The position numbers and the translations under genes were made by a program. Under the pieces are notes generated by a model. The model was not told where the DNA came from. It ran no database searches and was given only the letters and a program-made list of their open reading frames with translations. Below are positions 1 through 11,944 of a stretch of DNA of 64,000 nt, piece by piece (position 1 is the first letter of the stretch; each line of letters begins with the position of its first letter). The stretch lies in assembly GCA_026770705.1 (NCBI GenBank), contig JANJGN010000052.1, forward strand, positions 2,976,001 through 3,040,000. Direction: 5' to 3'. This DNA comes from Isurus oxyrinchus. Taxonomy: Eukaryota.

Positions 1-215
1 CTTTCCACACAGGCTGAATTGTCATCTCTTTATTTTCAGCCAGTTTGCTTAATTCTTGTGGTTTGGTGGTGAAACTGTGCAGCAAGTGTGAGTGTTGGGT
101 TGTAGATCTGTCTATTCTGACTGCTGCTGTGCTCATGGTGACTTCTCAATTACATGAGAGTCTCTGAGATCCTCCACACCCAAGGATTAAGGAGAGACTT
201 CCAAAGATTCAGGAC

Positions 216-1890
216 GCAGTACTGAAGAGGTGCTGCACTGTCAGAGGGTCAGTACTGAGGGAGTGCTGCACTGTCAGAGGGTCAGTACTGAGGGAGTGCT
301 GCACTGTCAGAGGGTCAGTACTGAGGGAGTGCTGCACTGTCAGAGGGTCAGTACTGAGGGAGTGCTGCACTGTCAGAGGGTCAGTACTGAGGGAGTGCTG
401 CACTGTCAGAGGGTCAGTACTGAGGGAGTGCTGCACTGTCAGAGGGTCAGTACTGAGGGAGTGCTGCACTGTCAGAGGGTCAGTACTGAGGGAGTGCTGC
501 ACTGTCAGAGGGTCAGTACTGAGGGAGTGCTGCACTGTTGGAGGGTCAGTACTGAGGGAGTGCTGCACTGTCAGAGGGTCAGTACTGAGGGAGTGCTGCA
601 CTCTCAGAGGGTCAGTACTGAGGGAGTACTGCACTGTCAGAGGGTCAGTACTGAGAGAGTGCTGCACTGTCAGAGGGTCAGTACTGAGGGAGTGCTGCAC
701 TGTCAGAGGGTCAGTACTGAGGGAGTGCTGCACTGTCGGAGGGTCAGTACTGAGAGAGTGCTGCCTGTCAGAGGGTCAGTACTGAGGGAGTGCTGCACTG
801 TCAGAGGGTCAGTACTGAGGGAGTGCTGCACTGTCAGAGGGTCAGTACTGAGGGAGTACTGCACTGTCAGAGGGTCAGTACTGAAGCAATGCTGCACTGT
901 CAGAGGGTCAGTATTGAGGGAGTGCTGCACTGTCAGAGGGTCAGTACTGAGGGAGTGCTGCACTGTAAGAGAGTCAGTACTGAAGCAATGCTGCACTGTC
1001 AGAGGGTCAGTACTGAAGAGGGACCCTGAGAATGTGAAAGGTGTGATATCAATGTAGGTTCCATCACCACAAAGCACTTAATTCAGGCAGACACTTCAGT
1101 TCAGTACTGAGGGAGTGCTGTATTGTTGCAGGGTCAGTACTGATGGAGTGCTGCACTGTTGGAGGGTCAGTACTGAGGTAGTGCTGCACTGTGGGAGGGT
1201 CAGTACTGAGGGAGAGCTGCCCTCTTGGCGCGTGAGTACTGATGACCTGCTGCACTGTTGGAGGGCAGGTACTGTGAAAGCTGCACTGCCGCATAGTCAG
1301 TACTGAGCAAGTACTTCACTGTCAGAGAATCAGTACTGAGGGAGTGCTGAACTGTTGGAGGATCAGTACTGAGGGAGTGCTGCACTGTTGGAGGATCAGG
1401 ACTGTGGGAGTGGTGCACTGTCGGAGGGTCAGTACTGATGGACTGCTGCAATGTTGGAAGATCAGTACTGAGGGAGTGCTGCACTGTCGGAGGGTCAGTA
1501 CTGATGGAGTGGTGCACTGTCAGAGGGTCAGTACTGAGGGAGTGCTGCACTGTTGGAGGGTCAGTACTGAGGGAGTGCTGCACTGTTGGAGGGTCAGTAC
1601 TAGGGGAGTGTTGCACTGTTGGAGGGCCAGTACTGGAAGAGTGCTGCACTCTCGGAGGGTCAGTACTTAGGGAATGCTGCACTGTCGGAGGGTCAGTACT
1701 GAGGGAGTGCTGCACTGTCGGAGGGTCAGTAATTAGGGAGCTCTGCACTGTTGGAGGGTCAGTACTGAGGGAGTGCTGCACTGTTAGAGGGTCAATACTT
1801 AGGGAATGCTGCACTGCCAGAGGGTCAGTACTGAGGGAGTGCTGCACTGTTGGAGGGTCAGTAATTAGGGAGATCTGCACTGTCGGAGGG
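216..1890. repeat. 33-bp minisatellite array (CAGTACTGAGGGAGTGCTGCACTGTCAGAGGGT)n
   Basis: Tandem 33-mer read directly; homogeneous to ~1020, more diverged after. Generates the VQHSLSTDPLT/LRECCTVRGSV pseudo-ORFs. Confidence 0.97.
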
Positions 1891-1892
1891 TG

Positions 1893-4800
1893 ATAAGACC
1901 ATAAGACCACCGGACGTCAGAGCAGAAGGAGGCCATTCGGCCAATCAACTCTGCTCCGCCATTCAATGACACCATGGCTGATCTGACAATCCTCAACTCC
2001 ACTTTCCTGCCTTTTCCCCATAGCCTTTGATTCCCTGACTGATTAAAAAACTGTGTATCTCAGCCTTGAATATAATTAATGACCCAGCCTCTGCAGCTCT
2101 CTGTAGTAAATAATTCCACACATTCACTACCCTCTGAGGGAAGAAACTCCTCATCTCTGTCTTAAATGGGTGACCCCTTACTCTGAGATTATGCCCTCTG
2201 GTCCTAGACTCTCCCACAAGGGGAAACAACCTCTCAGCATCTACCCTGTCAAGCACTCTAAGAATCTTATATGTTTCAATAAGGTCAGCTCTCATTCTCC
2301 TAAACTCCAATGAGTACAGGCCCATCCTACTCAACCTCTCCTCATATGAAAATCCCTCCATTACTGGGATCAACCTAGTGAACCTTCTCTGGACTGCCTC
2401 CAATGCCAGTACATCTTTCCTTAGATAAGGGAACCAAAACTGCTCACAGTATTCTAGGTGTGGTCTAACTAGTGCCTTGTATAGTTTTAGCAAGGCTTCC
2501 CTATTTTTATACTCCATTCCCTTTGAAATAAAGGCCAACATTCCACCTGCCTTCCCTATTAACTGTTGAACTTGTATGTTATCTTTCTGATGACCCCCAA
2601 ATTCCAATATGCTTCAGCTTTCCAATGTCTTTCTCCATTGAAATAATATTCAGCTCCTCTATACATCCTGCCACAGTGCAGCAGCTCACATTTTCCCACA
2701 TTATATTCCATCTGCCAAGTTGATGCCCACTCACTGAACCTGTCTATGTCCCTCTGTAGACTCTTCGTGTCACCCTCACCACTTGCCTTCCCATCTATTT
2801 TTGTGTCATCCACAAACTTGGCGATAGTACATTAATTTCCCTCATCCAAGTCATTAATATATATTGTAAATAATTGTGGCCACAGCACTGATCCCTGTGG
2901 CAATCCACAGGTTGCCATCCTGAAAATGCCCCCCTTATCCCAACTCTCTGACTTCTATTAGTTAGCCGATCCTCTATCCATGCTAATATACTGCCCGCAT
3001 CACCATGGGCTCTTATCTTATTAAGTAGCCTTATATGTGGTACTTTACTGAATGCCTTTTGGAAATCCAAATATATTACATCTACTGGTTCCCCTTTATC
3101 TATCCTGTTTGTTACCTCCTCAAAGAATTCTAATAAATTTGTCATGCATGATTTCCCCTTCATGAAGCCTGTGTTTGTTTAAATTATGCATTTCTAAATA
3201 GTCTGCTATTACATCCTTTATAATGGACTCTAACATGTTCCCAATGACAGATGTTAAGCTAACTGGCCTATAGTTACCTGTTTGTTGTCTCCCTCCCTTT
3301 TTGAATATGGGTGTTACTTTGGCAGATTTCCAATCCTCTGGGAGTTTCCCAGAATCTAAGGATTCTTGGAAGATTAAAACCAGTACATCCACTATCTCTG
3401 CATCTACTTCCTTTAATATCCTAAGATGCAACCTATCAGGCCCAGGGGACCTATCAGCCTTGAGACCCATTAGTTTCGCTAGCGTTATTCTCTAGTGATA
3501 GTTATTGTATTTATTTCCTCTCCCCACCCCCCTTTTGCCCCTTGATTATTTAGTATTTTTGGAATGCTATTAGTGTGTTCTACCGTGAAGACTGATGCAA
3601 AGTATTTATTCAACTCCTCTGTCATTTCCTGGTTCCCCATTATTATTTCCCCAGCCTAGTTCTCTAAGGGGCCTATGAACACTTTGGTCTCTCTCTTCCT
3701 TTTTATATATTTAAAGAAGCTTTTATTGTCCTTTTTTATATCAATTACTAGTTTACCTAGTTATCTCCCTCTTTATTTATTTTTTGGTCATCTTCTGTTG
3801 GTTTTTAAAACTCTCTCAATCCTCTGGCTTACCACTAATCTTTGTCGTGCTGCATGTTTTTTCTTTCAATTTGACACACACCTTAACTTCTTTGGGTAAC
3901 CCAGGTTGGTTTATTCTCTTCCTACAATCCTTCTTCCTCACTGGGATATATCTTTGTTGTGAGTCATGAGCTATTTTCTTAAACATCTGCTATTGTTCAT
4001 CCACCATCTTTTCTGCTAAACCCCTTTCCCAGTCCACTCCAGACAACCCTGTCCTTATTCCTTTGTAATTACACTTATTTAAGTCCAGCACAGTTGTTTC
4101 CGACCCACGTTTCTCAGTCTCAGAGGGAATGCTAAATTCTACCAGGTTATGGTCACTGTTTTCCAGGGGATCATTTATTCTGAGATCATGTATGAAACCT
4201 GCCTCATTACACATTACCAGATCCAAAATAGCCTGATCCCTGGTTAGATCCACGACATATTATTCCAGGAAACTGTCTTGAATACACTCTATGAATTCTT
4301 GCTCATGGCTACCTCTGCCAATTGGGTTTTCCCAATCTACATGAAGATTAATGTACTGCCTTTTTTACATGCCCTCATTATCTCATGATTTATTCTCTGT
4401 CCTACAGTCATGGGGCTGATAGACCACTCCCACCAGTTCCTTGTTCCCCTTGTTATTCATTACCTCGAGCCATATGGATTCTATACCCTCCGATCCAAGA
4501 TCATTTCTTGCTTTTGTACTTATTCCATCTCCTATTAACAAAGCTACCCCACCACCTTTCCTTCCTGCCTGTCTTTTTGAAAAGTCACATACCCCTGAAT
4601 ATTTATTTCAAAGCTTTGATCTCCTTGTAACCATGTCTCCATAATGGCTATAAGATCAAACCCATTAACCTCTATTTGTGCCTTTAATTCATTTATGTTG
4701 TTCCAAATACTATGTGCATTTAAGTCAAGAGCCATTAATTTTGTATTTTTATCATTTTCCTCCCTCTGACACTATTTGCTGATGTATTTTAATGTTTGGA

Positions 4801-4930
4801 CACTGTGTACCCACCTGTCACACACTAGGTATCATCACCAAAACAGCTATCCTGCAATGCTGACAAATCCTTTTGCTTTGTAAGCCTACATATACCCTCT
4901 CCAGAACACTCTCCCCATCTATTTAGTTTA
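1893..4930 (-). mobile_element. Decayed CR1-type LINE (endonuclease + RT fragments, 3' tail at left)
   Basis: Frameshifted ORF2 pieces: LNAHSIWN..FDLIAIMETWLQ (EN), SDHNLVEF, KSAKVTPIFKKG..NYRPVSLTS, YLDFQKAFSKVPH, DDTKI, LYKALVRPHLEYC; short tail repeats (taagacca) near 1895. Ends approximate. Confidence 0.92.
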
Positions 4931-4934
4931 AAGG

Positions 4935-6390
4935 CAATACTGAGGGAGAGCAGCACTGTCAAAGGGTCATTACTGAGGGAGTGTTGCACAGTTGGAAGCT
5001 CTGGAACAAGGGACTGCAGCATTATCTGAGGGTCAGTCGGGAGGGAGGTATTCAATGTTGGATTGTAAGTTCTGAGGGAGCGCTGCAGAGTTGGAGGTTC
5101 AGTAGTGAAGGAGTGCTGCACTGTCAGAGGGTCAGTACTGAGGGAGTGCTGCACTGTCAGAGGATCAGTACTGAGGGAGTGCTGCACTGTTGGAGGGTCA
5201 GTACTATGGGAGTGCTGCACTGACGGAGGATCAGTACGGAGAGATTTCTAAACTGTTGGAAGATCAGTACTGAGGGAGTGCTGCACTGTCAGAGGGTCAG
5301 TAGTGAGGGAGTGCTGCACTGTCAGAGGCTCAGTACTGAGACAGTGTTGCACTATCAGAGGGACAGGACTGAGGGAGTGCTGCACTGTCAGAGGGACAGG
5401 ACTGAGGGAGTGCTGCACTGTTAGAGGGTCAGTACTGAGGGAGTGCTGCACTGTCAGAGGGTCAGTACTGAGGGAGTGCTGCACTGTCGGAGGGTCAGTT
5501 CTGAGGGAGTGCTGCACTGTCAGAGGGTCAGTACTGAGGGAGTGCTGCACTGTCGCAGGGTCATTATTGAGAGAGTGCTGTGATGTCGGAGGATCAGTAC
5601 TGAGGGAGTGCAACACTGTTGGAGGGTCAGTACTGAGTGAGTACTGCACTGTTGGAGGGTCAGTACTAAGGGAGTGCTGCACTGTCAGTGGGTCAGTACT
5701 GAGGGAGTGCTGCACTGTCGGAGGGTCAGTACTGAGGGCGTGCTGCACTGTCAGAGAGTCAGTACTGAGGCAGTGCTGCACTGTCAGAGGGTCAGTACTG
5801 AGGGAGTGCTGCACTGTCAGAGGGTCAGTACTGTGGGAGTGCTGCACTGTCGGAGGGTCAGTACTGAGGGAGTGCTGCCTGTCAGAGGGTCAGCACTGAG
5901 GGAGTGCTGCACTGTCAGAGGGTCAGTACTGAGGGAGTGCTGCACTGTCAGAGGGTGAGTACTGAGGGAGTGCTGCCCTGTCAGAGTGTCAGTACTGAGG
6001 GAGTGCTATACTGTCATAGTGTCAGTAATGAGGGAGTGCTGTACTGTCAGAGGCTCAGTACTGAGGGAGTGCTGCACTGTCAGAGGGTCAGTACTGAGGG
6101 AGTGCTGCCCTGTCAGAGGGTGAGTACTGAGGGAGTGCTGCACTGTCAGAGGGTAAGTACTGAGGGAGTGCTGCCCTGCCAGAGGGTCAGTACTGAGTGA
6201 GTGCTGCACTGTCGGAGGGTGAGTACTGAGGGAGTGCTGCACTGTCAGAGGGTCAGTACTGAGTGAGTGCTGCCCTGTCAGAGGGTCAGTACAGAGGGTG
6301 TGCCGCACTGTCAGAGGGTCAGTACTGAGGGAGTGCTGCACTGTCAGAGGGTCAGTACTGAGTGAGTGCTGCACTGTCAGGGCGTGAGTA
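4935..6390. repeat. 33-bp minisatellite array
   Basis: Same 33-mer in tandem. Confidence 0.95.
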
Positions 6391-6602
6391 CATTGCGATT
6401 CCTGCTCTGCTCTATCGGTCTCTTGGCTGGAAATAAAAGCCGCTGTGTTACTGTTCAGAAACTGTTATTAATTGTGTTCTGGTCACTATTTTCCCTGAAA
6501 AACAGATTCTCTGATTGTCACCAAAATACCTTTCTATGGAATCCTGCTGTGCATTATCTACACTGTTCCAGCTAATGTAGAATGAAGGGTGTCTATACTT
6601 AC

Positions 6603-6899
6603 CTTGCACAGTTAGTACGAGGGTCCGCTCCGATGAAACAGATGGATATCTAACTCTGCAGCTGAGTGTGTGTCCGTGGTGTTTGAGTGATGGGGTCAGG
6701 GTCAGAACAGAAGTATAGGTCAGAGTGACACCATGCTGAGTTACAGTGTTTGAGACTGATCCAGGTACGTCAGTGGGAGTGTCCCAGGTTAAGACAGGTG
6801 CTGCTGTTCCATTGCACGTTGTGTTGAAGGTGCAGCTTACATCCACACGCTTTCCTGCAATAATTTCAGCAGGGAATATCATGGGTTTATCTGTGAAAT
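6603..6899 (-). CDS. Siglec-like gene A, C2-set Ig exon (297 nt, phase 1-1)
   Basis: ttag|ATTTCACAGAT acceptor, CAAG|gtaagt donor; DFTDKPMIFPAEIIAGKRVDVSCTFNTTCNGTAAPVLTW..LSCRVRYP..LVLTVQ, with the BC-loop Cys typical of Siglec domain 2. Confidence 0.93.
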
Positions 6900-7149
6900 C
6901 TAACAGACAGAGAATGGATCCTTTTAGAGAAATATAACGTGAAGCATCAGTTCAAATAGAAATCACAGTCCCACAAGAGAAAGCACTTTTACAAGGATGA
7001 TATCAGAACTGAGAGGTTACAATGATCAGGAAAGATTTTCTTGCTCTTTGGCAGTAGTGTTTCTGTCTCTCAGCTTAATACACGTTCACTCCGAGACATG
7101 TGAATTGAGAACACTGGATGAGAGAAGAGGCTCAGACCAGAGATTGGAG

Positions 7150-7290
7150 TTAAAAGCAGAATACTGTGGATGCTGGAAATCTGAAACCAAAACAAAAATT
7201 GCTGGAAAGACTCAGCAGGTCTGACAGTATCAGTGGAGAGGAAGACAGGGTTAACGTTTCGAGTCCGTATGACTCTTCATCAGACCAGAG
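7150..7290 (-). mobile_element. Short retro-insertion with minimal hammerhead-like motif (copy in gene A V-C2 intron)
   Basis: Reverse complement of 50241-50376; CTGATGA-A-GAGTC/GACTC-GAAAC on the - strand at 7249-7286. Confidence 0.6.
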
Positions 7291-7758
7291 GTTTGAGTTC
7301 ACTGGCTTCTCATTTCCTCAGTGATCTGGGTGATTTATCACCTTGTGGTTTGTTGGATCTTGCTGTGCACAAACTGCCTGCTGTGTTTTACATCTGTGAC
7401 TACAATTCAGGAATAATTTCATTGGCTGTGAAGGGATTTGGATCCTCCTGAGGTGGTAAATTGCGCTGCAGAAATGCACATCTTTCTTTTATCGATAAGT
7501 CAGACTTTTAAACAGGACAGGAGAGATTGATGGGTGTGGATAACCTGATAATACAGTTAATGCTTTTCATCATTGATATTAAAGTGAGTATTAGAGGTTG
7601 CTTTAGGACTGAACTGGAAGCTATCACCAGGTTATTGAGAATCAGACAGTGTGTTATAATAAGCTGTGTTTTGTGTTAATATGTAAACATCACAGTTTGT
7701 GTTATTTCCCATTGAGTGTTGAATGTGAATTGTTGAGTAATTATAATACAGCACTTAC

Positions 7759-8127
7759 CAGAAACCTGAAGCTGGGTTACAGGGTAATAGTTTTGGCTCG
7801 GACCATTGTCAAATTCTATCCTGAAAAAATAATGTCCCGCATCTTCCCGTCTGATGTTGTTTATAATCAGGGAACAGTCGCCATCTTTCAGGTCTCCAGA
7901 CAGCCAGGTCCGATGGTGGAACCGTGGTAACTCGTGACTGTGATCCTTGGAGTGAAAGGCAATGGGAGCCCAGGGAATCTGTTTCTCGTTATTAAACCAG
8001 ACTCCACCTCGCGGTTGGTTTTCCAAATGTGATGGATAACTGTAATGACATGGAATCTGTACACACGAACCTTCCTGCGCTGTCACCTCTCGTGGAGTGT
8101 CACCTTTCCACTCTTGTGACAGTCCAA
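7759..8127 (-). CDS. Siglec-like gene A, V-set exon (369 nt), essential Arg intact
   Basis: cccag|TTGGA acceptor, TCTG|gtaagt donor; EGSCVQIPC..GVWF..GDCSLIINNIRREDAGHYFFRIE shows the Siglec B/E-strand Cys pattern and F-strand Arg. Confidence 0.94.
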
Positions 8128-8759
8128 CTGGGGAGAGAAATATCAATATTTAACTCTGGATGGTTTGTGGATCCACTAGACCCGATATCCACTCCCTCCA
8201 TCACTGGGGCACAGTGGCTGCAGTGTGGAACTTCTACAGGACACACAAGGAACTCCCCAAGGTTTCACAATGGATAGAAGAGAATCCTGGACACAGGAGT
8301 GGACAAGTTCATTCTACATTGGCTCATGGTCCTCAGGACCCTGTTTAGTGAAGCCAGTGAGACAGTGTCACTGTGCCTTGTATTATAATGCTCCTGTGTA
8401 GCCCCTTGGATTGTTTTTTTTTACAGTTAAGGCACTATGTAAATATAATCTATTGCTCTATGCTCATCTGGACCATTTGAATTCTTAAGTTCAAGTGGCC
8501 TGGTGACAGCTTCATGTTCAGTCCAAATGCAGCCTCTAATTATCACTTTAATGTCAATGATTAAATGTGACCCAACACAGTGTCTACAAGACACACCAAC
8601 TGAGATCCATTCAGTGCTGATTTACAAGACAGGACAATGGATTAGGAGCCCTCAGAACTCCCCCCATTATCACCGTCATGAATCACTAATTAGCCTAACA
8701 TTCCTGTCTGCTCTTCAACACAGCTGATTGGCTAATCTGATTCAATCTGATTGGTGCAC

Positions 8760-8880
8760 TTTGGACCTTCATTGTCTGAGGAATCTCTTTGGATCCTCAT
8801 TGTTTTAGGAATATCTTTGGATCCTCATTGTTTAAGGAATCTCTTTGGATCCTCATTGTCTAAGGGATTATTTCTGATCC
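8760..8880. repeat. ~28-bp tandem repeat (about 4 copies); inverted copy at ~47135-47220
   Basis: ggatcctcattgtt(t)aaggaatctcttt units. Confidence 0.75.
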
Positions 8881-9662
8881 AAACGCCATATTGTTGTATT
8901 GTTGATTCCGATGCAGCATTGTAGACTGACTTGTCCCCAAGCTCAGCACTGACCCTACTCCAGCAGACACTGTGAAACACACTAACAAAGCGCCTCTAGC
9001 CTGAGCTCTGCATGTGTCGAGAGAAAGACAAATATACAAACTGTATATTGACCCATTTACACACGGACAGCTTTACCTTCCTTCTCTCTTTCAGTTATCT
9101 TGCTCCCTTATTGAAGTATCTAGCAAGGTGAGAATGGACAGGAAGTGTGACACTGAACAACCTGTCTATTCTAGGAGCTGCTGTGTTGTCTTCATGGGAA
9201 ATCCTGACTAAAATCAGCAAAAGACACATTTCAGGATATTGCTATCAGACACCTAACATAGGGAGAGACTTCATCCTCCAGTTTTTATCCCTGATTTTCT
9301 ACTCAACCTTTTACCACCCTTCCCCCCATCCACACTGACTTACATAGGCTCCCAGTCAAGCAGTGCCTCCATTTTAAGATTCTCATGCTCAATTCCCAAT
9401 CCCCCCAACCCCCTCTCCAGTCCCGACCTCTGTAACCTCATCCAGCCCCTTCACCCCTCTGAGATCTCTGCTCTCCTCCAATTCTGCTGTCAGACAGGGA
9501 GTCAGTGTATATCAGTGAGCACAGGGGTGATGGGTCATTGGGACTTGGTGTGAGTTTGTACACTGGCTCACTGCTGAATCGGTTCCCAGTCACAGCTCAA
9601 TAAGAATGATCTTTTACAAAGACTATTAACCATAAATCTGTCCAAGCTGACGATGATATTAC

Positions 9663-9702
9663 CTTGGAGAAGTGACAGGAGGAAGTAAGATTTCCCGATC
9701 AT
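9663..9702 (-). CDS. Siglec-like gene A, signal-peptide exon (MIGKSYFLLSLLQ, phase 1)
   Basis: acaATG..CAAG|gtaata; joins in frame to the V exon giving MIGKSYFLLSLLQVGLSQEW. Confidence 0.88.
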
Positions 9703-10152
9703 TGTCCACTCCCAGATATTTCCTCAGCTTCTAACTCTGAAGTTCTGAAAGAGAAAGGAGTTAATGAGACCTCACCTCTTGTCCGACAGCTCTCGAGAGA
9801 TCAGAACTGCTTTTAGACAATGTCTTCACAGACTAATTTGATTCTCTGTGGGATGATAGGTGCTCTGCAGAGATTTACAAGGCTTTAAGAAAGAAAAACA
9901 TTGAAGGACTTGCATTTCTATAGCACCTTTCAACACCTCAGGATATCCCAAAGCTCATGTCCCTGCACTTCCCTCATCCCTTGAGCTAGAAAGATGTTCT
10001 GTACAACAGACTTGAGCCTCACACCCAGATCTCAATAATCAGTAGAAATCTTTCGAAAGCATCAATCATTGGAATCTGTCTTTATAAAGTCACAACATCA
10101 ACATAGGACGGTGTTGGTGGTGGAAGTGAATTCCAATCGTTCCGTTACTTAC

Positions 10153-10300
10153 CCAGGACCTGTCCGACTGCTCGCCTGGGGAGGAACTGCCCACACGCTC
10201 TGCTTGGGCTGAATGACCTCTTCCTGTGCTGCTCCTCTGTGTGTTTAATTAGAAAGGGTTGATGTGTCACTGTGAGACAAAATGTGGAAGTGGTCACTTT
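10153..10300 (-). promoter_or_regulatory. Gene A putative promoter / non-coding first exon
   Basis: Block conserved upstream of all three leader exons; ends in CTGG|gtaagt; ETS-type CACTTCC motif and AT-rich box upstream. TSS not determinable. Confidence 0.6.
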
Positions 10301-10514
10301 GTGAGAATGCAGCTGATGTTTTGAGTTTTTGAAGCTGTTAACCCTTTGCGTTCTGGACTTGTGATGCTAATTCTGCTCAAAAGTGGAAAGTCATTGAATT
10401 TCTGCTGTGTGTCATTATGTTTCAAACCCTCTCTCTCTCTCTGAGTGAGAAGGTCGTCTGTTCGAGATTCATTTGGCAAAATTCAGACTGACAAACCAGA
10501 CCGGCACTCGGTGT

Positions 10515-10935
10515 CAGGACTGAGAGTCCTGCACTGTCAGAGGGTCATTCCTGAGGGCGTGCTGCACTGTTGGAGGATCAGTACTGAAGCAGTGCTGCAC
10601 TGTCAGAGGCTCAGTATTGTGGGAGTGCTGCACGGCCAGAGGGTCAGTACTGAGGGAGTGCTGCACTGTCAGAGGGTCAGTACTAAGGGAGTGCTGCACT
10701 GTTGGAGGGTCAGTACTGAAGCAGTGCTGCACTGTCAGAGGCTCAGTATTGCGGGAGTGCTGCACTGCCAGAGGGTCAGTACTGAGGGAGTGCCGCACTG
10801 TTGGAGGATCAGTACTGAGGGAGTGCTGCACTGTTGGAGAATCAGTACTGAGTGCTGCACTGTCAGAGGGTCAGTACTGAGGGAGTGCTGCACTATTGGA
10901 GAATCAGTACTGAGGAAGTGCTGCACTGTCAGAGG
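10515..10935. repeat. 33-bp minisatellite array upstream of gene A
   Basis: Tandem 33-mer; inverted counterpart at ~19900-20205 upstream of gene B. Confidence 0.93.
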
Positions 10936-11944
10936 ATCAAATTATTTCTGATCCAAACCCCATATTGTTGTATTGTTGATTCCGATGCAGCATTGTAGAC
11001 TGACTTGTCCCCAAGCTCAGCACTGACCCTACCCCAGCTGACACTGTGAAACACACTAACAAAGCGCCTCTAGACTGAGCTCTGCATGTGTTGGAGGTGC
11101 CGCTGTGGTGGGTTCATGACCTTCACCATCCGCTTCACTGAGTTTCGGTTAAAACTGAACTGGAACACATACTAAACGCTGATGGAAACCATCACTTCCT
11201 CTTCTCCAACATGAAGAGTTTCAGCAGAAGAGGTAAACTGTTGCTGAAAAGGAACTTTCTTCATCATATCACAGAATCACACAGAATAGCAGGAGGCCAT
11301 TCATGCCATCTTGGCTGTGCTAGCTCTTTAAAAGAAGCACACAATTGGTTTCAATCCACCTCTCTTCCCCCATCGTCCTTCAAATTCTTCCTATTCCAGA
11401 TTGAATCCAAATTCATGAATATAAATCCCCTCAGATGGGAGTAACCATCACTGAGCAGGCAGGTTAGGTTTGATTGTACACAGCGAGTTGCTGTGATCTG
11501 GAAGGTGCTGCCTGAAAGGGCGGTGGAAGCAGATTCAATAGGATCTTTCAAAATACTTGCAGAGTGTGAGAGAATGGGAGATTGGGACCAATTGGATATC
11601 TGTCCCAGGAGACCAGGACAGGGACAATGGGCTGAGTGGCCTCTTTCTGTGCTGTTTGATTCTGTGGTTTTCTAATATTTATCTGCGCTGCAGATCAGAG
11701 ACAAACAGGAAACAATAAACTTCTGACCTTTCCACACAGGCTGAATTGTCATCTCTTTATTTTCAGCCAGTTTGCTTAATTCTTGTGGTTTGGTGGTGAA
11801 ACTGTGCAGCAAGTGTGAGTGTTGGGTTGTAGATCTGTCTATTCTGACTGCTGCTGTGCTCATGGTGACTTCTCAATTACATGAGAGTCTCTGAGATCCT
11901 CCACACCCAAGGATTAAGGGGAGACGTCCAACGATTCAGGACGC

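Noticed and set aside
216-1890. CRISPR-like array
   Set aside because: Units are contiguous with no unique spacers, no cas genes, and the context is eukaryotic.
4935-6390. 33-mer arrays as Ig switch-like, AID-targeted regions (G-skewed, contain TGCA/TGCT)
   Set aside because: No evidence of somatic recombination from a single sequence; germline ectopic recombination is sufficient.
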